DNA from: Diadema antillarum
Taxonomy: Eukaryota
DNA: 64,000 nucleotides
Direction: 5' to 3'
NCBI RefSeq assembly: GCF_040938485.1
Contig: NW_027272299.1
Location: forward strand, 620,001-684,000
Every line of letters starts with the position of its first letter. Positions within the stretch are counted from its first letter, which is position 1. Below the pieces are notes generated by a model. It was not told where the DNA came from. It did not search any database and saw nothing but the letters and a program-made list of their open reading frames with translations. Shown piece by piece: positions 13,707 to 25,700 of the stretch. A program made the position numbers and the translations under genes.

Positions 13707-16700
13707 TAATAATAATAATAAAGGACATTTATATTGCGCAGCTACTACAATAATATACTCTACTGCGCATTACAAAATGACGTGCATACAAGAAATTCAA
13801 ACAGAAATACATTACTTCAAGAGATGACTTGATATTGTACTTGGGTGTGGGAGGGGTGTTTGAAAGTTTTGATGTCTTTTTTTTCCTGTAAATTTAATAA
13901 GCACTGCTTTATCATAAATATCTCCTTAACATAACCCAGTAAGTCATGAATATCGCTGAACAACGACAGCGTAACCACAGTTTGTCTATTCCATGACTAC
14001 AAGTAATATTTTCTCACTCTAATGTTTAACTTTTCGATCTACATTGTATTTAATTTGTGGTATGGTGATGTTATATGTGACCCTGCACCACAAAACACAC
14101 AAAAAGTCGCCACACATGAAATTTTAGTTGAGAGCATATTCTGAAAGAGCAGACTTTAAGCTTAACACGTTAAGGACGAGTCCCGAGTATACTCGGGCAA
14201 GTGTCTATGGGAAATGCGTGTTGTAGCAAAATCAAACCGTCCTCAACGGGTTAAAAATGATGTATTACTCAAATCAAATGGACTCTCTTAACCTATCTAA
14301 ATATTGCAAAGAATGCACACACTCAGAAAAAGTGTAAACTGAGAGAAGAGGCTGTGAAGTACAGTGTCTATTCAAGCGCTTAAAGGACAAGTTCACCTTC
14401 ATAAACATAAGGATTGAGAGAATGTAGCAATATTAGTAGAACACAATCATTGAAAGTTTGAGGAAAATCAGACAATCCGTTCAAAAGTTATGAATTTTTG
14501 AAGTTTTTGTGCAGTACCCGCTGGATGAGAAGACTACTGCAGTGTATGAATAACTTAGATGTCACATGCGTACAACAATATAAGGAAAATATAAAGAGAA
14601 TTTCACAAAATTCCATCTTTTGAAAAATGTACACATTCCCTTGACTCGTTACCGATAAATGTTATGGGTAATACTATTCCCCCTGCCTTTAGAAAGAGGC
14701 ATGTCAATTGCTCTTTTATTATGCAAAAAAAGTGAAAATATGTTGAATTTTCTTTTATATTTTCTTTATACTGTTGTACGCATATGACTCACAAGCTGTA
14801 GTAGTCTCCTCATCCAGCGGTTCCAACTCAAAAATTTAAAAAATTCATAACTTTTGCACCGATTGTCCAATTTTCTTCAAACTTTCACTGATGTGTTCTA
14901 CTGTTTGCATTTTCTCAATCCTTATGTTTATGAAGGTGAACTTGTCTTTATCAAGCCGTGCTGGTTGTGCGATGAATGGGACAAAAAACAGGATGGAAAC
15001 CACCGGAGTAACAACAATGAGGGGATTATCAGNNNNNNNNNNNNNNNNNNNNNNNNNNNNNNNNNNNNNNNNNNNNNNNNNNNNNNNNNNNNNNNNNNNN
15101 NNNNNNNNNNNNNNNNNNNNNNNNNNNNNNNNNNNNNNNNNNNNNNNNNNNNNNNNNNNNNNNNNNNNNNNNNNNNNNNNNNNNNNNNNNNNNNNNNNNN
15201 NNNNNNNNNNNNNNNNNNNNNNNNNNNNNNNNNNNNNNNNNNNNNNNNNNNNNNNNNNNNNNNNNNNGGGTAGCCTAGTCAAGATCGGCTCGGTTGACCC
15301 ATTTCACCTATTTTCAGTCCTCACACAAAATCAGTGTGAGCGACTTTTTGTTCGTTTTGTGATGCACGGTCACATATTCTTTACATTTATGACGTTTATT
15401 CATATTTGAGTTGCACAAATAAAGTTCAAACTTCAAGTTCAAAATTTCTTACATCTTTTATCATTGTAAAGCAAATTAAAGGTTTACGATTTTTTTCACA
15501 ACTTGTACGTAATTCAATTTCACCGGTTTTCCCCAGTGTACAATGTAAGACAGTCCAAATTGTGATAACCTTGCTGTCATAATACACTGACTTAGCAGGG
15601 ATCGTAAGAGAAAACCAAATTGTCCATAATTATTCATAACAATCTGGAACTATCCGTAACTATCCGAAAATATCCGCAACTCTCCGCAAGTGTTCAGAAC
15701 TATTATGTGCCAATTCGTAAGAATATCCGCAAGTGGACTCAATTATTCGCATCTGGTCGTATCTGTCCGTATCGCCCGCATTTTTTGCCCGCATGTTTTG
15801 TACAAATTTCTGGTGACGGCAAAGGATCCGCGGGGGTCCGCGGAAAAAATGACTTTTTTGGACGTAACGCCGGACGCAGAGCATTATGTGACTGGGGCTT
15901 AATTACAGGGGTGGAATGACCCAATGTACTGTCTGATAACCGGCAACTTGGTTTCAGGCGGCAAACCGATCGCTACATTAGCAACACTGAAAATGTGAAA
16001 ATTTTAACACGCTTACGCATTCCGTATGTGTCAATCAAATGATAATTCTTGTAAATGCCAGGGTGAGGTCAACTGGTTTATTTGCCAAGCGTTCAGTACG
16101 TGTTGATGCAATAAGCCATAACAGTTGATACTTACACATTGGTATAAATAACCTTTCTTTTTTTTTCTCAGTTGCATGGTTAGGCACTTTACTCGTTTTG
16201 AAAGCGGCATAATTCAATTCAATTCAATTCAATTCAATTCAATTTTATTTCCATTTCCATTGAATAAACAGAAAAAATATATACAATACATTTACAGAAC
16301 AAATTTATAACAATTTCAAAGAAAACGTACAAATGGTCACGAGTAACAACAGAATTTCGTTTCTAAGGTATATACCTAATACAAAGATTAGAATGGAAAT
16401 GGAGGGTCCCACTTAAAAAGCAAAGCTTGTAGGGTATGGGACCCTCAAAAAATACGTACACAAGGTCAAAGAAACCAATGTCAACTGACATGAAATTAAC
16501 TTAGGAAGGGGAAAAAAAGAAGAACAAAAAGAACAAAAAAAGGGGGAAATAAGACTATGGTACAACACGCGCCATCGTGGACACAAGCATACTGTACTTC
16601 ATGATTAAAATGCAATAACAAAACAATACAACGCTCCCTGGTTTGAAATTGCGATTGATTGGGTGCATATGCCGGTATGAATGCATAGGAACGGATATAA

Positions 16701-19700
16701 GAAAAAAGAGAAAGAGAATAGACTCACTGTTACTGGTACAATAAAATAAATATCTGAGGTAAACTTATGTTAGACAGATTGTTTTCCTTAAAAGATGATT
16801 TCTGTGTGATATCTTAATACTTGTAAAAACAAACAAACAAACAAACAAACAAACGACTTGATTGAGAGAATGAAACCGAAGCTAATTTGGTTGTATATCA
16901 AAAGATTTCAACAGAAAGAATTTTAATTTATTCTTAAAAGAATTCAAAGTTTGTGCTGTTATTATGTCGTTGGGAAGTGAGTTCCAATACTTAGGCCCCT
17001 CGTAGATGAAGGTTTGCTGAGCCAGCAAAGTCCTAAAAAATGGTAAATGAAATTCGTTGGATTGCCTTGTAGGATAATTATGAACAGATTGATTTTTTGA
17101 AAACATTGATTCAAATATATATGGAAGATTATTTTTATTGTAATTATACATAAATTGTCCTAAATTAAACAAATACAAATCTTTAATTTTAAATATTTTA
17201 TTTTCAAAAAATAACGGATCAGTATGAGACAAATATGCAGTGTGACATATAATACGCAGTGACTTCTTTTGTAGCAGAAGTAATTTATCCAAAAGAGTTT
17301 GATATGTATTTCCCCATACAAGAATACCGTAATTTAAATAAGGCAATATGAGGGATGAATATAATGTAAGCAGGGACGACAAAGGAAGACAAAATTTGAT
17401 CTTGTTGATTATACCGATGTTTCGAGAAATAATCTTACATATACTATCAATATGAAATTTCCATGAAAGCTTATTATCAACTGTTATTCCCAGAAATTTG
17501 ATATAAGAAACATTTTCCAGTGGTGTGCCATCAAAAATAATATCAGCAGGTAGTGCCTCAATGGAGTTGCTGAAAAGCATATATTTTGTTTTTTGGAGAT
17601 TGAGAGATAATTTATTAGCTTTTATCCATTGAGCAACTTTTTCTAATTCAAAATTTAATGTCTTTACTAGGGTAAAAGGATTATTATGCGAAAAAAACAA
17701 ATTTGAATCATCCGCAAAGAGAATGAAAGAAAGAATATCTGATGATTTACAGAAATCATTCATATAAATGCATTAGCTTGTCCGCCGTAGCAGTCTTATT
17801 ATGGAATTCAACATGTTCAAATAAAGAATAAACTTGCGTATTTTACATATTACAAACTACCCTCGGCAGGCATCTATATATTATTTTTTTTTTTGAATGC
17901 ATAAGCCCTTTTCTATTTGATATTGCCAAATAAAAGGCTTGCTGTCGGTTGCAATGGATGTACTAACACAGGCGCCGGAAGTGTGAGGGGGGGGGGGGGG
18001 GGGGGCCAAGGGGGGGGGGGCCGCCCCCCCCCCCCCCCCCATCCAAAAGATGGGGGGGCAAAACGCTTTTTTGCCCCCCCCCCAAAAAAAAAAAAAAAAA
18101 TTAATCATAATAATAAAAAATAATAATAAATAAATAAAAATAAAAAAATAAAATAAAAAAATACATAAATCAAATACAAATAGGGAAATTTATTAGTTAA
18201 GACTACTAATTCTAACTCTCATAAATGTTTTTTTCGTTGCGTGTGAGCAGATTATCTCAACCGCATTCAGCGGTAACCGTTGCAGTTTTTAGAGGTCTTT
18301 GGCTATGGAAAATCGTGTAAATATCAAAATGTTAGCTTTAAGCACTGGCAGATTTAGAGGCGGGCACAACTGGCCCACGCCAACCCGCCTTTTGAAGCAA
18401 CTTTTTAAAAATTATTCTTTGTTTTGTAATTTTTATACGTGTGCCCTCCCCCCCCCCCCCCGAGAAAAAAAGGAATCTTCCATACGTCCCGCTTCCTCCG
18501 CTAGTTGTTACTAACGTGACACCTGACGTAGGTAGCGCTCCCAGAAAATATTTTTAACCCCCCATCCCCGCTCATCTGTTTTGTTTTTTTCTGCGAGTTT
18601 CGACTTGGGGTAAATCCAGAGGCTGGGAAAGTACAAAAAATTGTGCCACCACCCCCCCCCCCCCCTTCTAAAATCCATATCACTACACTCGTCAGTCGTC
18701 ATTCTCCAGCTTATAAAACACAAAACAAATGGGGTGCCTCCTCCCTTTACGCAAAAGGTAGGGTCAAAACGCAGCCCCCCCCCCCCTAAAAAAAAGAAAA
18801 AAAAGAAGAGAATGAGTGAATGAAAGCAAAAGAGAACGAAAAAAGAGAGAAGAAAAGATAGAAAGGAAGAAAGAAAAAAAGGAAGAAAGACAGAAAGAAT
18901 GAATTTCAATGAAAGAACGAAAGGAAAAAATAATAATAAAGACCGAACATTATACGGAAAGTAAGAAAGAAAGGGAGGAAGGAAGGATTAAGGGCTTAAG
19001 GTGTGAGGAGGCGTAGCTCAAAAAGAAAAATTAAGGAAAGTAAAAAAGTTTTAATAAATCGAATCCTGAGCGAATGGTACATGGTACTACGTGCTACTGC
19101 ATTTCTATAGGGCTTTTTACACTTGTGTTTCTTAACCCCGGACTTTCTCTGACCCAGGACTATCGTTAGTCCCGTACCAATTTTTTCAGCTTTTTACACT
19201 CGCCAATTAGTCCCGTACTATCTCTTGTCCGGGGCTAAGGAGAAAACTGACCTTTTTACACTCGTATTTCTTAGCCCCGGACTTTCCAAACCACATGAAT
19301 ATTCACAATTACGCTGTGTACTGTACACGTACACGCACGCACCGGCAGCACTTGATTACCTCGTTTCTGATTGGTCAGTGAGGGTCGGACTTCGTCTCCG
19401 TCGCTTAGCCCAGGATTATTTTTTCGTTCTGTTTACACTCACTTGCTTGGCACCGCAATTGCGGTGCTAGCACCGCAATTGTGGTGCTAACCCCTGCTAT
19501 TTTGCAGGGCCAGATAGTACCGTACTATCGGTGGGGCTAGCCCACTTTGGCAAAAACGAGTGTAAACAGAAAGTGGGCTAAGGATAGTCCCGTACCAACG
19601 GTGGGGCTAAGGCCCCCCCTTAGCCCCACCGTTGGTCCGGGGCTAAGCAAAAATTTACAAGTGTAAAAAGCCCTTATCAGTCTATCACATTTTGATATTC

Positions 19701-22700
19701 ACCTTCGCCTGACCATCGAATACGAATGAACTCGAGAGCCTATCGATTGCAAATACCTTGTTTAGAATACCTTGCTTGATTTTGGCAGTTTTGGCACATA
19801 AATGTGTCAAAGCAATATGGACGCAAAACAATAAAAGCATTACAGTATGACAGGGATGAACATTTCTTGACCACGCGCTATGAGATTGCACATAGGCATA
19901 CTACTGTTTTGCTTGGAAATTGAGGCGTTATGCTGTCTTGCACCTGGAGCAACAAAATGATCACTTAAACTTCATCTGCCACACTGCATACATTATGAGT
20001 CGGGTAAGTTTTCGTTAACTTTGCTTTACTTTGTTTTCTTAGAATTCAGGAATGGAATGAAGATATAAAGCAGGAACTTACTAATCATTTTATGCCTTGT
20101 TTTCATGTTGTGTTGTTATGATTAATTGTGGGATTCCCGAATCCCGATGGTCAGCTGGGCCGATAGACCGCACCTATCGCCGCTGTCTAACTCTATCAGC
20201 CCCGGGCCCCGGTCTATCAGCCCCACGGTCTATCGGGTGTAGTTTTGTTGACCATATCATATGATAAGCTTTATTTGCAAACAATGATNNNNNNNNNNNN
20301 NNNNNNNNNNNNNNNNNNNNNNNNNNNNNNNNNNNNNNNNNNNNNNNNNNNNNNNNNNNNNNNNNNNNNNNNNNNNNNNNNNNNNNNNNNNNNNNNNNNN
20401 NNNNNNNNNNNNNNNNNNNCCAAAAAAACCAAATATGTGTGTGTGTGTGTGTATGTGTGTGAAGTTCAAGTTTATACAACTAAGTAAGTTGAAATAAGAT
20501 AAAATAAATCGTTATGTAGAAGTGTGAAAACTTGATGAACTTTCGTCCATTGCCAATATGACTTGACCATTGTGTTGGATTATGACGCATCTATATGTAG
20601 AGCTGTTTATTTAAAAATGATTGAAATCCGTTATCAATGTTTACATGATTTAACACTCCATAGAATATAGATCATAGGTCTAGAATCTATTCATATTAAA
20701 TAATCATGTTCAACTAGTTCCTATAAAATGTGGCCAACAAAGAGAGGAACAGTGTATAGTTTTTAAGTCTATGCTGGTTTAAAATGTGATAGTATTTTAT
20801 TTGTTGGATGGAACATATTTTCTTCTTTAAACATCACTAAAATTATATACTTTGGTTTAAAACTTTTTATTTTATTAGCGATTTAGTTTTAATAGTCATT
20901 TTCGGGATTAGCTCGTATTTTCAAAGTTCAGAGGGACGGAGAATGGCTTGTTCGGCCGTCCATGAATAGAGTAAGTATTAGCATACCTGAGTATTGTGGT
21001 ATGTGAAAAATGGAGAGGTCAATAAAAGTTTCCAACCAAATTTTCTGATTTTGGTGTCATTTCTACAAACTGAAACACTAATGCACCATCACAATTTATC
21101 TTAGCAAAGTCCTGAAAACTTACTCTTCCGTTTTTTCTGGGTCACCCTGTCCCTGTATATGATAATCTTTACATGTTATTAACTTCAATCAACAGAAGCA
21201 GAGACGTCAAACATGAAGAGATCTCGATCAGGGTCAGAAATCCGGAGGGCCCAAAGACAAAGAGCCTGAGAAAAGAGTGCAGCTGGATGCCACTCTCTGT
21301 TAACAATGTTTAAGGTGCAGTCTGCGGCACCAAAAGACCCAAAGGCAACAACTTCAAAGCAAGACGTTGACAAACAAAGCGGAGCAAGCGCAGAGACAGT
21401 CGACCTGGATCTCGAGGCTGAGTTACCAATGGATATCGGCAGTTCTGATTCGGAGTCAAACGAAGTCGAACTTGGCCAAGTCGCACAGTCTGGTAACGTA
21501 GAGAGACTGCCCCAGCCCCAGCCTCAGCTCCAGCCCCAGCCCCAGCCCCAGCTCCAGCTCCAGCCCCAGCCCCAGTCCCAGCCCCAACCCCAGCCCCAGC
21601 CTCAGACTCAGCCTCAGACTCAGCCGCTTCAAAAAGAGAATCTCCGGTCTCGACCGAATCAGCCACTATGTCAACTCAAGAAGGATCAACATGGTCGCAG
21701 ATTTCGAGGAGAATTGTACGAAACTTTTCCGTGGCTTGAATGGGACGGAGAAGCTAAGAACGGAAACGGTGCTGCATTTTGCCACACTTGCCGACAAGCT
21801 AAACTGCGAAATGTTCCCAGCTCTGGTAAATGTGAAGAAAGCTTCAGCAAAACCGGTTTCACAAATTGGAAAAATGCTTCCCCGAAATTCTTGAAACACG
21901 AGAAGAGTGAAAGTCATCGACTGCTGAGCTACAAGATGAGCAAACTCTGGCAGGGTGAGAATGTTGCTCAAAGACTAGACACAAGAGCGCAAGAAGAAAG
22001 TAAACAAAACACACAGTATCTACTGACAATAATAACCTCACTAAAGTATCTGGCGAAGCAAGGACTAGCTATCAGAGGACATACGGATCAGAACAGTAAT
22101 TTCATGACATTACTTCAACTTCGCAGTGAAGAAATCAAAGGCTTGGACAGATGGCTTACCAGGAAGACTTCTTGGACATCGCATCAAATTCAGGAAGAAA
22201 TTATCAACTTGATGTCTTCAACAGTGATGCGTCAGCTAGCTGCAGAAATGGGTGGAAAGCCATTTGCCATACTGGCAGATGAAACGGCTGATGTCTCAAG
22301 GATAGAGCAGCTCTGCATCTGTGTTCGAACAGCAACGGAAAACTTGGTACTTGAGGAATACGTCTTAGGACTATACTCTCTAGACAAATGCGATGCCGAA
22401 TCGATCTTCAAGACAATGAAAGATGCTCTGATCAGGTACAATCTTCCCCTCAGCCTTTGTCGCGCAGCATGTTTTGACGGAGCCGCTTCATTTCAAGGCA
22501 AACATAGCGGTGTTGCAGTTAGGTTACAGGAAGAAGAACCAAGAGTCGTGACAACACACTGCTACATGCATTCAATCAATCTTGCTGTACAAGACATGGT
22601 GAAACATGTTCCCAAGCTGAGAAACTTCCTCACAACAGTGACAGATCTAATAAATTTCTTGCGAGATTCGCCAAAGAGAGTTGCCATCGTCAAGACTGTA

Positions 22701-25700
22701 GCAGAAGCACTCGGCTGTCCACAGGCTCATATCAGGCCTCTCTGTCCCACTCGTTTCACTGTGAAACAGAAGGCTCTGAACAACATCAAGGAGCAACTGC
22801 AAGTAGTGAAGGAAGCCTTGGTCACAATAGAAGACACCGTCACAGACAGAGATTCACAATCAAGAGCAAGTGGATTCTTGCGGGTTGCGAGCAGCTTTGA
22901 CTTCACCATTTGTCTATTCATGAGTGTCACCGTGTTCGAAGTAAGCGACAGGCTCAGCGAAGCACAGTCACCCCATGTATCAGCAGGAGAGGGGGTTAAG
23001 CTTACACAAGTAGCTCTTGGACAGCTTCAGAACATTCGTAAGGATGAATGCTTCGATGAAGTTTGGCAGCATTCACTTGACTATGCACAAAAACACGACC
23101 AAGAAGAACCTACACAACCAAGACAATCTAGAGCACCACGGCGCCTTCAGGACAGTGATCCACATGCTTTCGAGACCCCCAAAGACATGTTCAAATCAGT
23201 TTGGTTTGATGCACTGGACAACGTGATTTCGGGGATGCAAGATCGAGTCTCCTCAAAGGCAATATCTGTCTTGAGTGCAGTAGAAGATCTTCTACTATCC
23301 GCATGGTCAGATAGAGAGGTCCCAACCAAGTCGCTCGAATGTGTAGTCAAGCACTTTGGAGACGGTCTGAATGAATCTCGACTTGAAGCTCAGCTTCGTG
23401 TTCTTGAGAATCTTAGGGACATCACCGGCAGCTCTACTGTAGCTGGCCATAGGGTAACAGTGAAGCACATCATTGACTCCATCTCAGAGACAGATATGAA
23501 GAGCATCATCCCAGAGGTTGTTAAACTCTGCAGGCTCTACATCGTGCATCCAGCCACAACAGCCACGGCAGAACGCTCTTTCAGTACGCTCAGACGCCTC
23601 AAGTCTTATCTGAGAGGAACAATGTCGCAGTCTAGACTGAACTCACTCCTGATTCTAACTATGTACAGAGAGAGAGTAGAATTGATTGACATGGTAGATC
23701 TGGTCAATGAGTTCATTTCACGCGGCGACACGAAACGAAGAAACGCGTTTGCTCCCTTGAGGAAAGTCTAAATGCTCTGATAATGTCAGTGTTCAAGTGT
23801 GGAATGACAAACTCTAAAAGAAAAACACGAATACTGTGTATCAGTTCAGGAAAATTATGTTTTAGAAGGTAATTGTAACGATGAATGCATAATTAAACAA
23901 ATACATGTACAACAAAAGCCTAACATTTATGAAAGAAATACCGGGAATTTAAAAGGTAACCTTGACTACTAGTTAAGGTAGAAAATTTTACAAGAGTGTT
24001 GGTCCTTGCTGATTTTATGCTGACAGCATTACTACATTTCCACGGAAGCCTAGTATGGAATCAGTTCATCTAAAACGAGCTGAATATTTTAAGATCACCA
24101 AATTAAAACGTGCTTGATATTTTGCGGCCCCCAAACAAAACAAAAAATGTAAACTAAGCAAAACAATCATCGCTGTGTCATAAACATGCCTTTCTGACAG
24201 TTTCTGTTAACACGAATTACACGATGATTCGTTTTGATTTTTTGTTTTATAAAGAATATTCTAAATTTTCCCACATATCTAATCAGACTTGGTCAAATTA
24301 TCAATAATTTGTTCACAGTATTTGAGGCTTGTTCAAGGACCTTTGTTTTATTCTGCAAGTACTCCATCTTGTCTTAGGAGATCAAGTGATTTGACAAATA
24401 ATATAAACATTGGAATTTGGAAGATTTGCGGTGGACATGAACAGATATCGTTAAATCTTTTTTCCCCTACAGCATTAACTTTCAATGATATCTTACACAG
24501 AAAGCGTAAGAAGTCAATGCCATCAATGATGTTGCTCAGTTATGCATAATTAGTGGTATTCACAATATTTTCAGGAAACTGGACATGCCAACATTTCGTA
24601 AGATATGCACACAATTCCTGAAACTAATAACAGCTCAGTTAGAATGATTTAATTTTTTTTGTGGTATCTGCTTTGCTATGCATTACTTCAAGTATTCAAG
24701 GTATTGTTATTGCAAACGCCATTCATTTGTTCAGATAACGAGACAGCTAGGCTCCTTAAGGCGCATTTACACCGAATCCGGCCCGGCATTTACGCGATTT
24801 CTAGTCTATGATTGGTCAGAGCGCTGCTCAATGTTCAACGCGTTGACCAATGACCGCCCAGATATCGCCTAAAATATGTCGCTCCGTGATGCCGTGCCGG
24901 ATGCGGTGTAAACGCGCCTTTAACCAGAATAAGGCGAGTTAACAGTCATGTTGGTGTCCGATTTTCAGTTTAAAAAAAACTTTGTTAAAGGGCATATCTT
25001 TGGTTTCTCATTGTTGAACTATTGCTAAAATACCAGATGTTTTAATTGTACCTTAACCTATGAAAAAGAAGCTACAAAATTAATTAAACAGAAGCTACAA
25101 AATCAATATAAGTCAGACACTCGTGATGAAACTACGAGTCTATTTGTCAGATGTTGCAGACAGGGATCCCGTGGGTGTCCACTGAATTCAATTGAATTTA
25201 TTGTAATGAAAAATCGACATGAACTTCGGCTACAAGTCATGTAGAGAATTATCAAGTTTTGTCATGTTCAATGTTACTCGAACTTGCAAGAAAAAGCAGC
25301 AAGATTGGTGTGAGTTACACTACAGTAAAACATAATATTTAGTATATTTGATAAATGTTATAGACAAATATTTCAGTGTTTCTTTCGTAGGTACAGAATT
25401 ATAGTATTTTACTGACTTACTGTCATACGAAACGAAAGCTAACTCTAAGTTTTGTGTGGTGACTTGTGAAATAACACCATCAAGGGGACTTGAACACTGA
25501 CGTCTATATATAATGCAGTAGTGCATTTTATATTTATCTTTTAAACTCTTCTTTTTTTTTTGATATATTTTGTCAAGACTTATTTCGTTGTTGAAACTTA
25601 TCCTTCTTGTCAACATTCTTCTTCTCTATAAACAGCTTAAAACAGGAATACGTAATACACAACAAAAATGTTATTTTGTTCTGGTGACAGGTGTCCGTCA

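Larger units (their letters stand above)
12785..15899. mobile_element. Harbinger-like element ends (gccccagtcac / gtgactggggc) with degenerate tatccgtaac repeats
   Basis: Matching inverted termini at 12785 and 15898, and repeat-rich arms 12785-13235 and 15590-15899. Could be one element or two fragments; another right end lies at 11707-11717. Confidence 0.55.

Noticed and set aside
21310-21666. Antisense GA-repeat ORF
   Set aside because: It is the reverse-strand shadow of the transposase PQ microsatellite.
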